A stretch of DNA of 64,000 bases, from contig JBGSJG010000004.1 in the NCBI GenBank assembly GCA_041742135.1, positions 171,773-235,772 of the forward strand. Reading direction: 5' to 3'. The notes under the pieces are model-generated. The model was not told where the DNA came from and did not search any database. It saw only the letters and a program-made list of their open reading frames with translations. A program made the translations under genes and the position numbers. The stretch's first letter is position 1; each line of letters opens with the position of its first letter. Of this stretch, positions 1 through 8,972 are shown one piece after another. The stretch is from Patescibacteria group bacterium. Lineage in GTDB: Bacteria; Patescibacteriota; Microgenomatia; UBA8517.

Positions 1-773
1 TAGGCAGACCCCGCAGCGGGGCTTTCGATATGGATAAACGCGCGGAAGCAGTCAGAGGAGAGTGCCATTACTGTTGTTTGGAAGGTGTGTGTTGCCCCAG
101 TACCGATACGGACGTTCAAGGTATAGTTGGTAGCGGTGCTCGTGCCTTCGTCGTTGCCTTCAATGACAAAAAACTCTTGACGAACCACGACATTGGCTAC
201 GTTTTCAAGAAGTCCACCAGAGCCTGTAAGTTGAGGGACCTGATTCGTACCAATCTCGGACTCAGTTGTTCCCATAGCTCCGACCAAAGACTCCATAGGG
301 ATAATTGCCGAGGCGTATTGAGTAGCAGTGGTGTCATCAAACTCGTAGGTGACTGCAATCAGAGCTCCAATGTTATTAGTAGTTAAACCTGTCCCTGTTG
401 TAATATCAAAATAAACTGAAAGATCAAGTGTTGCGCTATTTGCTGCCGGAAAGTTTGTAACGAAATGAGAGGTAAAATCAAATGGCCCCAGCCACCCGCT
501 CATATTCTCACCGGAGTTAGAAATGTCGTCAGTTTCAGTAATTGTAGTTGACCCAGCGCCGTTTACTGAGCAGGCAACTCGATGCTCACCAACCGTTGCA
601 CCAGTTACTGTGCTCATATCAGAATAGCTAATCCAGACCATAACCGAGCGGAACGTCCGCGTAGCATTTTCAGCATAAACTGTGATTTGAGGCAAGGCGG
701 TAAGCGATGCGTCAGCAACAGATGCATCGCTTTTTTCAGTAGCGTACCAAAGTGTTTTGACTCTTTGCGCCAT
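1..773 (-). CDS. Thr/Ser-rich beta-rich hypothetical protein. The 5' end (ATG at 773..771) is in the window; the 3' end runs off the window edge. Paralog of the 636-aa protein at 1054..2964.
   Basis: Manual minus-strand translation from 773 (MAQRVKTLWYATEKSDASVADASLT...) stays open to position 1. It is absent from the ORF track because no in-window stop exists. It shares the MA[TQ]R N-terminus and VTYEFDD / F(L/F)xIxGNE motifs with the downstream paralog. Confidence 0.5.
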   Translation of the reverse strand, partial: MAQRVKTLWYATEKSDASVADASLTALPQITVYAENATRTFRSVMVWISYSDMSTVTGATVGEHRVACSVNGAGSTTITETDDISNSGENMSGWLGPFDFTSHFVTNFPAANSATLDLSVYFDITTGTGLTTNNIGALIAVTYEFDDTTATQYASAIIPMESLVGAMGTTESEIGTNQVPQLTGSGGLLENVANVVVRQEFFVIEGNDEGTSTATNYTLNVRIGTGATHTFQTTVMALSSDCFRAFIHIESPAAGSA

Positions 774-775
774 AA

Positions 776-961
776 TTAATTGTTAGGCCTAGGCTCCATT
801 GTTATTAATATTGTTCCCACTCTCCAGTCTGGATTACTTAGCTGAACCCGGAGTTTGTACTTTTTGCCTTTATAGTCAAGACGGGCGGAGGATTGCTTGT
901 CAGGAGATTTTTCGGCATCGTCGTATACCTTCTCGATACTGCTTTTAAGTTTTACATCCAT
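776..961 (-). CDS. Small basic hypothetical protein (61 aa) between the two Thr-rich paralogs.
   Basis: ORF track. It lies on the same strand, and its stop sits 2 nt upstream of the next start. There are no recognisable motifs. Confidence 0.3.
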   Translation of the reverse strand: MDVKLKSSIEKVYDDAEKSPDKQSSARLDYKGKKYKLRVQLSNPDWRVGTILITMEPRPNN

Positions 962-1053
962 AGTTTTCTATGTTTGTATTCTATCAAATAACGGGGACTA
1001 TTGGAGAACCTAGAAGTTCCTCGTGTTGTTGCATCTAATTTTAGGTGCAAGAG

Positions 1054-2964
1054 TCAAGCTGCTGTACCATGATCGCTTCTGCCCTGATGTGTGGAGTCCT
1101 CATAGGCTGTAACATACATGTCTTCCACGTCACCATACCAAGTAAACGAATATGCCCCGTCGCCAGATCGGCTGGTTGTGGCCATCACTTCGTGTGTCCC
1201 CGCATCGTGAAGGTAGAGATTAATTGTTCCTCCACCAGAGCCAGAGATGTCTCCAGCAATGGTAAAGGTGATAGTGTGATACGTAACCCACAGGCCATAC
1301 CAGCTAGTTGATAAAGTCGGAGTATCCATCCTGAAAGATCTCGAAGTTTCTATGTCAAGGCGTGTGGGGTCCATATCGTTGGGGTGGCGCTTCCAAGTCT
1401 TTCTTGATGCATATCGAGCGGTAATGTTGCAGTTTTCATTGTCGCTTCTGTATTGTGTAACTCCGAAAGTTTCCCAGCCTTCGCCCTCACCCTCACCCGA
1501 TTGGCGCTCAGCTTGCAAACACAGCGATCCGGAGGTTGTGTTGTCTGTTGTTACCCCTCCTTCAGAGCAAACTCCAGTAAGCCAATAGCTAGACTCAGGG
1601 ATGGGGACAGATTTGCTGTCAACTTGATCACAATAGTTGTCATTGGTGCACTCAGACAGCAAATGAAACCGTGATTGATTGTGTGCACCAACACCATCAG
1701 TTGCTTTACCGCTTGTATAGTTTAAGATTAAAAATCCATTGACGCCCCAGCCATCATTGGCAGTAGAGGAGTAGATTCTGCATTCATACGGCATGCGTCC
1801 GCGTGCCAGCGTTGTAAAAGCTGTTCCTTGCTGGCCTCCAGCATCAATGCGGTGGACGAACATCCACTGTCCGTTTTGTGAACTTCCCGCTGTACAAGTG
1901 TATGTGGTGTAGCTGGCCTGGTTTCCCACAGCAATGTTCATAGATGTTGTGGCTGCGCCGTTTAGGCCAATTACACACGCACTCTCCTTGAGTGTAATAG
2001 TTGTTGGCTCTTGGATAAAGATGTCGCGCCCCCATGAGTCTCCATCTCCAGAAGTAGTTCCTCCAGCCCATCCTGTGGTATCAATCGCTCCGAGAATTAA
2101 ACTATTCCAAACAGTTGTAGTGGAAGAAGGATCAAATTCATATGTGACAGTGACCCATCCTCCTGGGTTGTCACCGCGACTGGTCACAGTAGCGCTCATC
2201 TCAAGCGAGCTGGCAGAAGTTAGAGTTTCTCCTGTGATGTCATAGCATAAGTTAATCCAACAAGATGCTGATAATCCTGCTTCCACATCCCAAACAGTAA
2301 CTGTACTGCCACCGTTTATGCGTAGTTGAATAACAAAGTCTGTGGTGGTGGCCACTACCTCGTTTCCAGTTATTTCCAGAAACGCCTGCCGAAGTGTTAC
2401 AGAGCCTTCCGGTAAAACACTACTGCCCCCAGTTAAAGCGGGGATTGCCGTGGCGCCACCGATAGTTTGCATAGAAGTTGTTAGTACAGATCGGGTAGAC
2501 TCGATAGGGATTCTGATAGTCTTTATGTGGGTACTGCTCGTGTCATCGTAGTCATAAGTGATAACAAGCTTAAATGAGTGATTTATAGTATTGGTCAGCG
2601 TTGCCCCATTAAAGCGCACGTACCAAGTGTTGCTTGTTCCGGACCAATTACTAGCAAAAAAGGCTGTAACGTCGGCCGCATACCACCAGGCTTCATTGTC
2701 GCCCGAGTTTGCTACTGGTGTTCCAAGTGCGTTGTTGTCTTGAGTACCAAACCCGCTGTCTGTCCCAATTGCCAGCTGTACATTCGCTAGGTTTCCAGCA
2801 GTCGTATTATCTCCACGAAACTGACACAAGAGGGAAACACTGCGAAATGCCACGACTGTTTCGGGGATATAAATCGCAATCGATTTGTCTCTGTTTGAGG
2901 CAGCGGTGAGTGTTGTTGCATCTACAGAGCTTGCAAATTCGATTGTTTTTTGTCTTGTTGCCAT
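1054..2964 (-). CDS. Hypothetical 636-aa Thr/Ser/Gly-rich protein with internally repeated beta-modules and no signal peptide.
   Basis: ORF track. Composition is low-complexity and T/S/G/N-rich. Internal module ends recur (KLVITYDYDD, VTVTYEFDPS). It is paralogous to the partial gene at 1..773. Confidence 0.6.
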   Translation of the reverse strand: MATRQKTIEFASSVDATTLTAASNRDKSIAIYIPETVVAFRSVSLLCQFRGDNTTAGNLANVQLAIGTDSGFGTQDNNALGTPVANSGDNEAWWYAADVTAFFASNWSGTSNTWYVRFNGATLTNTINHSFKLVITYDYDDTSSTHIKTIRIPIESTRSVLTTSMQTIGGATAIPALTGGSSVLPEGSVTLRQAFLEITGNEVVATTTDFVIQLRINGGSTVTVWDVEAGLSASCWINLCYDITGETLTSASSLEMSATVTSRGDNPGGWVTVTYEFDPSSTTTVWNSLILGAIDTTGWAGGTTSGDGDSWGRDIFIQEPTTITLKESACVIGLNGAATTSMNIAVGNQASYTTYTCTAGSSQNGQWMFVHRIDAGGQQGTAFTTLARGRMPYECRIYSSTANDGWGVNGFLILNYTSGKATDGVGAHNQSRFHLLSECTNDNYCDQVDSKSVPIPESSYWLTGVCSEGGVTTDNTTSGSLCLQAERQSGEGEGEGWETFGVTQYRSDNENCNITARYASRKTWKRHPNDMDPTRLDIETSRSFRMDTPTLSTSWYGLWVTYHTITFTIAGDISGSGGGTINLYLHDAGTHEVMATTSRSGDGAYSFTWYGDVEDMYVTAYEDSTHQGRSDHGTAA

Positions 2965-3242
2965 CTATTTGAAATCCAAAAAAATAGCTAATCGTGAGAA
3001 GTTAACTTGTCTAGTGGAATCGATAGCTATATTTACTGGTATCATCGCTTTCTTCGAGCAAAAAATAATGACCCCGTATTGCCGTACCCAGCGCATGTGG
3101 ACACCCCAATTCGGCACGTGTAGACGACTAATTTTTGCGTTTACACCTGTTTACTTTTTAACTTAATAACTTTATATCGTTTGAGTATAGTGCTTGTCAA
3201 CATTTTGGCGCACCATTAGCCTTGAAGAATTTTTCCTCAAAC

Positions 3243-3755
3243 CTAGACGTTCCACTTTTTCGTAAACCACCAATTTTTGTCGTCAGTGAGGTTAAGCCTA
3301 AAAGAATGACCCTTTGTATATCCATTGACCGCAGAGATGACTCCGTTTTTAGTTCCAGCTCGATAACCGTTGCCTGCCACAATTCCACCCTTCTTAACTT
3401 TTTTGGTCCATTCGATAATGTCTCGAGCCACTTCGTCAAAGCGCTTGTCTGCATCAATATAAACAAAATCCAAAGAAGAATCTTTAAAATCATGTACCGC
3501 TTTGAGGCTGTAGTTTTTAACGAGTCTACTTGAAAAAGGGGAGAGATTTTTACGGGCAAGGCTATTTTGTGCTCTGGTTTCAGCAGTGGATCTACCGTCT
3601 ACTTCCCAAGAGTCAATTCCGGTGTATTTTAGCCCGGGAATGTTCTTACAAAGAACTTTTCCAAACTCACCGTTTCCTACGCCAACCTCAACACCTGTCT
3701 TGTAGCCTTGGCTACCTAGATACTTTGCCAAATCAACACGATTTTTAAGAGACAT
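3243..3755 (-). CDS. Class I SAM-dependent methyltransferase (Methyltransf_24 / TylF-CmcI-like).
   Basis: Motifs VEVGVGNGEFGKVLC (Gly-rich SAM loop), LDFVYIDADK and GGIVAGNGY. It is paralogous to three other methyltransferase domains in this island. Confidence 0.75.
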   Translation of the reverse strand: MSLKNRVDLAKYLGSQGYKTGVEVGVGNGEFGKVLCKNIPGLKYTGIDSWEVDGRSTAETRAQNSLARKNLSPFSSRLVKNYSLKAVHDFKDSSLDFVYIDADKRFDEVARDIIEWTKKVKKGGIVAGNGYRAGTKNGVISAVNGYTKGHSFRLNLTDDKNWWFTKKWNV

Positions 3756-3800
3756 TTATAAACTAACATTAGCAACTGGCTTGCTACTATGCAAGATGTA

Positions 3801-5498
3801 TTAATTGAATTGCTTGATTATTTCGCTGGTTTTTCCCCATCCAGGGATGTCGTCTGTTGTGATAAACCCTTTGGCCGTGTCTTTGTCTCGAAAATCATTT
3901 ACACTCCATTTATTCTTGCTCAAATTGTGCCCGTGCTTGATGTCAAGCATTGGGAAAGGAGCTTTCCAAGACGCAGTTAGTTTAGTGTCTCGGCCACCGG
4001 GCTCAAAGCCCATTGAGCTTTTGTAGCCGTATTTTCTAACTTCGACGACGCGTTTTCGATAAAACTTAAGTAGGTGTTCGCGGTAAGCACACAAACCTGA
4101 AACTTGGTTTGCGTCCCAATGTACCGCAAAGCCATCGGTTGATCTTACTCGCCACCAGTTATGGTCGTAATAAAAAATATCTTTTTTGGGTGGGGTAAAT
4201 TCAAAGTGGGACGGGTGATAAATACAATCGTGTTCGCAGAAGTAAATTACTTCGGCGGTGCTTGCTTCAAGGCCCGCGAGAATTTGCTCAAACATTGCTA
4301 AATAGCTTCGTGTGAGGTGTTTAAGGTGGATGTTTTTAGTTCCAAAATGAGGCATGGGTTTAAGCGACACAGAGACAATTGGAATGCCCGAATCTTGGCT
4401 AATGTGGCGCAGCTGTCTTTGTACGGCATGGGCAATTTTGAGTTTCAACTGGTTGTCTGTATAAAACACAATGCCTTTTGTGGGCGTGGCAGAGTAGACA
4501 ACACCATTGTCGGAGATGTCTTCTGTTGGCTCAGCTTCGTCGGGCTTTGTGGTAAATTCCGGAAAAGAAAAAGTATTTGCTTTAAGGTTTGCCAAGTCTT
4601 GTTCTGTCCAGCCCTTGACCGGCCAAAACTTTTCTACTAGCCAGGAAAACGGGTGTTTTTGCAAGGGCCACTGATTATTAAAAAATAGATTTTTTGCATA
4701 ATTTTTGGCTTTCTCCTGGTCCCTGCCACTCATCGGGTATGGGAAGCCAAAGTCTCCACCTTGAGTGCGAAACATGTGTGCATACCATGTTTTTTTATTA
4801 ACCATAACTCGGCCACCAGAAAGCCAAGTTTTTGCCGCAACCTCTATGCCTTGAGAGCCCCAACTGCCAAAGTTTTCATCGCAAATGCCCAACTCCCAGT
4901 ATTTTTCGCGCGTTAGCATAAAGCACGATCCCTGAATTGACATACTCTCTGTTAGCTCTCCCTTGCCTTCTGGGCGCCTGCTATATTCACCAAAGTACTG
5001 AAAATGAGGCGAAGAATCAAAACAATAAGAAACACTTTCAGGCCGCGGTTTTGCTATCCACACCACATCTCGAGTTGTTGGCTTTCCACAAACAGTACAA
5101 GGTCCACTAGGGCTTTGGTATCTGCGGTGGCCATCTGGGCATACCCAGTCAAAAGCGTGGAGATTTCGCATCAGAGGGATCATCGTCCAATCATCGTGCA
5201 TCTCATTCATTAGTTTGACGTCAAAGCCTTCGTCAAACGCACAGTGAGCATCACACTTCATTACATACTTGGCGGTGGATAATCTAGCAGCTTGGTTTGT
5301 TGCAGCTCGTTGGCCGATACTTTCTTGATTATGGACGAGTGTTACTCGTTCGTGATCAATCACGCCCGGGTCAGCCCAAGCGCCATCAAGCACGGCAATA
5401 ATCTCTGTGTCGCCTCGCATATTTTTAAGAATGTCCTCAATGGTGCGCGCCAAGAACATCTCGTTTCTGGCAGGAATTAATATTGAAAGATCAGCCAT
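3801..5498 (-). CDS. Two-domain glycosyltransferase: N-terminal GT2 (GT-A fold) fused to a C-terminal domain that is paralogous to the upstream standalone gene.
   Basis: ILIPARNE...IAVLDGAW...KCDAHCAFDEGFD matches the GT2 pattern (DxD-like DAH). The C-terminal half (IYHPSHFEFTP) parallels ORF 5491..6195. The start was moved to the internal ATG at 5498..5496, which gives an ATGgcTGA 8-nt overlap with the upstream stop. The ORF-track start at 5765 would overlap the neighbour by 275 nt. Confidence 0.75.
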   Translation of the reverse strand: MADLSILIPARNEMFLARTIEDILKNMRGDTEIIAVLDGAWADPGVIDHERVTLVHNQESIGQRAATNQAARLSTAKYVMKCDAHCAFDEGFDVKLMNEMHDDWTMIPLMRNLHAFDWVCPDGHRRYQSPSGPCTVCGKPTTRDVVWIAKPRPESVSYCFDSSPHFQYFGEYSRRPEGKGELTESMSIQGSCFMLTREKYWELGICDENFGSWGSQGIEVAAKTWLSGGRVMVNKKTWYAHMFRTQGGDFGFPYPMSGRDQEKAKNYAKNLFFNNQWPLQKHPFSWLVEKFWPVKGWTEQDLANLKANTFSFPEFTTKPDEAEPTEDISDNGVVYSATPTKGIVFYTDNQLKLKIAHAVQRQLRHISQDSGIPIVSVSLKPMPHFGTKNIHLKHLTRSYLAMFEQILAGLEASTAEVIYFCEHDCIYHPSHFEFTPPKKDIFYYDHNWWRVRSTDGFAVHWDANQVSGLCAYREHLLKFYRKRVVEVRKYGYKSSMGFEPGGRDTKLTASWKAPFPMLDIKHGHNLSKNKWSVNDFRDKDTAKGFITTDDIPGWGKTSEIIKQFN

Positions 5499-6195
5499 AA
5501 ATTCGTAGTACCTCCTCGGCAGTTCCCCAAGGCGCGACATGGTCCGCCCGGATTTCGCTATGAGCTTTTCTGTTACCAAGTTCTGTATAGCCCAGAGCTT
5601 CTGATGTCGAAAACATAATATTTGGCTCTTCTGATTTATACTCCTCAGCGGGAACAGGGAAGATGCCAAGGTGGTTTTCGAATCTGCCAGGCTCACCCCA
5701 ATACATTCGCAAAAGCCCGGGAGGAGTTTCTTCAAGCGATGGATATTTGCTGTAGCGCTCTTCAAGCGTCTTAACTAGGGCGCTTTTGGTAGTGATCAGG
5801 CTATTCATAAGCTTTCGTTCGCGATAGGAAAATATTGGAGGCTTCACCCAAGAAAATATTGACCATTTATTAATGTTGTAAGAAAACATGTTGTCGTCAG
5901 CTGGGCGATAGTCAAAGTGAGAAGGATGATAAAGCATGTCGTCTTCAGCCATGGCAACGTACTTTGTTTGGGCGGCTCGGGCTCCAAGAAGCACTTGGTG
6001 GTAGATCATATAATTGGATCTTTTTTGTACTCCAATACAGATATTAGTGCAATTGTTTCCGATTACTGTTGGTTTAAAAGAAACGCTAACAATAGGCGTG
6101 TCGCCGATGGCTTTTAATAAATACTCTTGAGTGTTGGCCATAAAATGGTCACTGTTCATGTTTGCTGTGTAGTAGATGATTGTCAGGTCGTTCAT
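5491..6195 (-). CDS. Hypothetical protein, homologous to the C-terminal domain of the adjacent GT2 fusion (unknown, sugar-transferase-associated domain).
   Basis: The shared motif EDDMLYHPSHFDYRP parallels CEHDCIYHPSHFEFTP in the neighbour. It is coupled to neighbours on both sides by 4-8 nt overlaps. Confidence 0.55.
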   Translation of the reverse strand: MNDLTIIYYTANMNSDHFMANTQEYLLKAIGDTPIVSVSFKPTVIGNNCTNICIGVQKRSNYMIYHQVLLGARAAQTKYVAMAEDDMLYHPSHFDYRPADDNMFSYNINKWSIFSWVKPPIFSYRERKLMNSLITTKSALVKTLEERYSKYPSLEETPPGLLRMYWGEPGRFENHLGIFPVPAEEYKSEEPNIMFSTSEALGYTELGNRKAHSEIRADHVAPWGTAEEVLRIYG

Positions 6196-7049
6196 ATATT
6201 TTGGTTAATAAACTCTTGCCATATTTTGTATTTTTCTTTGTATATTTTGAAGTATGGATGATCTTCTTGGCCTTGCCAATAGGTTTCGTTAAGTTCAATC
6301 CCCGGCGCTTCATCTGTAAGGTTTTTAATTGGATTAGAAGCTCTTTTGTGCTCAACTGTGGCAAAGCCCGAAACAACTGCCCAGCCAAGTTTATCTAATT
6401 CGCGCTTGCTTGTGATCCCCGCGAATATATCATCGAAACGATTGATACCCAAAGCCCACGGCGCATGAAAGATATAGGGGAGAACTTTTCGTTTGAACGC
6501 AAGATTCATGCTACACATTGGGTAGTAAACACCTTTTGGAATGGGGCCTTTATAAAAAGTCGTTTTTCGTTTGTCACCAAGAACGAGCTGAGTTGGGGCA
6601 TCCCAGTCTCCCGAGCCTTCCCATACGCCGTGCGAGATAACAACTTCAGCTTCGTTTCTAATTGAGTAAGGGAAGCCTCTTGTGTAATCTGTGGCTGTGG
6701 AAATCCAGCTCACAGGGACATTTTGGTTGAGCGCAATAAGGTGGTCGGCGATAGTGTCGCCAAGAGGGAAGACGTCGTCATCCAAAGTAATGATAGTGTC
6801 AATGTCTTTAAGATTTTTCGCGACATAGGCGAAGCCCAAGTTTCTGATTCCTGCATTAAAGTTGGTCAATGCTTGAGCGTGTTTGCCCATCACCTCTTTG
6901 ACGCCTTTGCCATTAACTGTAGGATTTTTCCCGTCTTCGACTACAACCAATGTGCAGTCGTGCGCCTCAAATAGCTCCTGCCATGCACTTTTAAAAGCCT
7001 TGAACATACTCGGCCTGATGGTTGGAATTACAATAGCGATATTTGCCAT
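6192..7049 (-). CDS. RGP / GT75-family protein (reversibly glycosylated polypeptide / UDP-L-arabinopyranose-mutase-like).
   Basis: I recognise similarity to plant RGP1. IAIVIPTIRP...LVVVEDG parallels DIVIPTIRN...LIIVQDGD. ISHGVWEGSGDWDAPTQLV parallels VSHGLWLNIPDYDAPTQLV. PMCSMNLAF parallels PMCGMNLAF. RFDDIFAG parallels RYDDMWAG. HKRASNPIKNL parallels HSKASNPFVNL. Confidence 0.7.
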   Translation of the reverse strand: MANIAIVIPTIRPSMFKAFKSAWQELFEAHDCTLVVVEDGKNPTVNGKGVKEVMGKHAQALTNFNAGIRNLGFAYVAKNLKDIDTIITLDDDVFPLGDTIADHLIALNQNVPVSWISTATDYTRGFPYSIRNEAEVVISHGVWEGSGDWDAPTQLVLGDKRKTTFYKGPIPKGVYYPMCSMNLAFKRKVLPYIFHAPWALGINRFDDIFAGITSKRELDKLGWAVVSGFATVEHKRASNPIKNLTDEAPGIELNETYWQGQEDHPYFKIYKEKYKIWQEFINQNI

Positions 7050-7051
7050 GG

Positions 7052-7714
7052 TTATTTGTGTTTGCTCACGAAAGTTAAATATTCTGTTTCGTATTGATTT
7101 TCGCTGATCTCAGCCACATTTATTTTTTCTTTATAGATCACATAGGGCAGTGCAATTTGGTCACAAGTAAAATATCTGGACTGATAATACCACCAAGATT
7201 TAAGCATGTCGTGAACATTTTTGGTGTTTCTGTAAACAAAAGCGGTTGAGGTGTAAAGCACGGTATCGCGAAAGCCTGTGTCTGCCATCGCCTCGGCTAG
7301 CTGCTCTTTATGGAGCCCATTTTTGTATCTGGAAGTGATATATCGGCCGCCCTCTTGCAGTTTTTCTTCGATATGGTTAGTTTCTTCTGTAATTGAATTT
7401 CTCCAAGGATGTTTGAAAAAAGCCATGTCACTTGAGCCTAGTTTGTCTAAAAGCCAGACGGTTGAGTCCGCCCTAAGCATCGAAAACGAACTATCAAGCC
7501 AAATGTAAACATCATAATCGGGAAGCATCTGCCAGCCAAAAAGCTTGGGGATTCTGTATTGGAAACGTGGCGTAAGCCCTGTGATCGGAGGGAAGTCGTG
7601 GTCGGTGAAGCGGTGGAAATGTACTTTGGTAAAACCTGTTGGTGTGTCTTGGGAAACTGGGTCAATAGGTACATCGAAACTTCCTAAATTGGCCGACAAG
7701 ATAGCAATTTTCAT
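7052..7714 (-). CDS. Hypothetical protein in the glycosylation island (possible nucleotide-sugar transferase-like; function unassigned).
   Basis: ORF track. The gene is tightly packed between the RGP-like gene and the methyltransferase genes (2-nt spacers). It has no signal peptide or TM helix, and the YDVYIWLDSSF segment is acidic. Confidence 0.5.
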   Translation of the reverse strand: MKIAILSANLGSFDVPIDPVSQDTPTGFTKVHFHRFTDHDFPPITGLTPRFQYRIPKLFGWQMLPDYDVYIWLDSSFSMLRADSTVWLLDKLGSSDMAFFKHPWRNSITEETNHIEEKLQEGGRYITSRYKNGLHKEQLAEAMADTGFRDTVLYTSTAFVYRNTKNVHDMLKSWWYYQSRYFTCDQIALPYVIYKEKINVAEISENQYETEYLTFVSKHK

Positions 7715-7715
7715 A

Positions 7716-8972
7716 TTACTTGATCTTTACATACATCCAGCTATTTTCTCGATAGTCTGGAGGGTTTTTAAGCTCAAACAAGGGGTGGATCGCATAAGCC
7801 TCGCACCAGGCCATAACAACGTTTTTGACATGCCCAAACTGGCGATTCTTGCTGGTACTAAAATCGTGCCCCGCTATAATTCCACCCTTTCTTACCTTTT
7901 TGCTCCATACCGCGATGTCGTTGGTAACGGCCTGAAACGAATGGTCGGCATCGATGTATACAAAGTCCAAAGATTCGTCTGCAAAGTCTTTTGCCGCCTC
8001 AACGCTCCACGTTTTAATAATTTTATTATTTGGATATTTGGCAAGTTTATTTTTAGCTATCTCGTACGCACGATCGTGGTCTCTTTGTTTTCGAAAGTTT
8101 TTATAAACAGGGTAGAATAGCCATGGATCAACCGAGAAAAGCTTCAGATCTGGATTGGATTGGCAGAGTACTTCCGAGTAAGTTCCCTCCAAAACACCAA
8201 CTTCCACTCCGACTTTAAAGCCAAGTTCGCGAAACAACACAGGTAAATCTTTATATCGATTGCAGGAGATTTTTATAGGGGAAGGCTGGCTAAGATCGAC
8301 ATTAAATTTTTTGACGATGTATTCAAGAGTCGCGTCCATTTGAGGCTTAACGATTACCCAAGATCGATAGCGATCACGAACTTCGCCCGGAACAATTTCT
8401 TTTGTCCCAAGCACGTACCAAGTTTTTATGTTGTTTTGCATGGCAAAGCGGTTTGTTGCAGCCACGACATCGCAAAAATTGTTTTTTTGTCTTATGTAGT
8501 CATGCCCCGCCAAAATTCCGCCGGGCTTGATTTTTTTGTACCACTGGTTAATGTCTTCAGACACAAAAGGATCTCTGTGGTTGGCATCAATGTATACAAA
8601 ATCTAACGAGTCGTCTTCAAAGCGGCGCAAGGCGTCTACGCTAAACTCTTGAATCAGCTCGTAATTTTTATATTTTGAAAGTCGCGCTACGGCATCTGAT
8701 TTTAATTTTCCGAGGGTTGTTGTGGATGTGTAATCACGGTAGCCGCGGTAGGGAGTATAAGGATCGACGCCAATAACTTTCATGTCTGGGTTATTGCGGC
8801 AGAGAACCTCTGAGTACTCGCCCGAAGCCACGCCAACTTCCACTGCGGTTTTGAAATTAAGTTTTTTAAGCCACGCGGCAAGATCGTCACGCCCGACATT
8901 GGGTATTTCAAGCGGCATGCTTTCGTCTAACTTTAGCTTGTAATTTTTGGCTATAAACTCTGAAACGTTCAT
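7716..8972 (-). CDS. Tandem-duplicated class I SAM methyltransferase (two Methyltransf_24-like domains in one polypeptide).
   Basis: Domain 1 has AVEVGVASGEYSEVLC...DFVYIDANHRD...GGILAGHDY. Domain 2 has GVEVGVLEGTYSEVLC...DFVYIDADHSF...GGIIAGHDF. The start was set at the ATG 8972..8970, which forms an ATGA overlap with the upstream stop. The ORF-track start is 8999. Confidence 0.75.
   Translation of the reverse strand: MNVSEFIAKNYKLKLDESMPLEIPNVGRDDLAAWLKKLNFKTAVEVGVASGEYSEVLCRNNPDMKVIGVDPYTPYRGYRDYTSTTTLGKLKSDAVARLSKYKNYELIQEFSVDALRRFEDDSLDFVYIDANHRDPFVSEDINQWYKKIKPGGILAGHDYIRQKNNFCDVVAATNRFAMQNNIKTWYVLGTKEIVPGEVRDRYRSWVIVKPQMDATLEYIVKKFNVDLSQPSPIKISCNRYKDLPVLFRELGFKVGVEVGVLEGTYSEVLCQSNPDLKLFSVDPWLFYPVYKNFRKQRDHDRAYEIAKNKLAKYPNNKIIKTWSVEAAKDFADESLDFVYIDADHSFQAVTNDIAVWSKKVRKGGIIAGHDFSTSKNRQFGHVKNVVMAWCEAYAIHPLFELKNPPDYRENSWMYVKIK

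Noticed and set aside
30-386. 118-aa plus-strand ORF at the window start (also 582..779 and 1045..1311)
   Set aside because: They are antisense to the better-supported minus-strand Thr-rich paralog genes. They are Cys-rich and low-complexity with no motif support.
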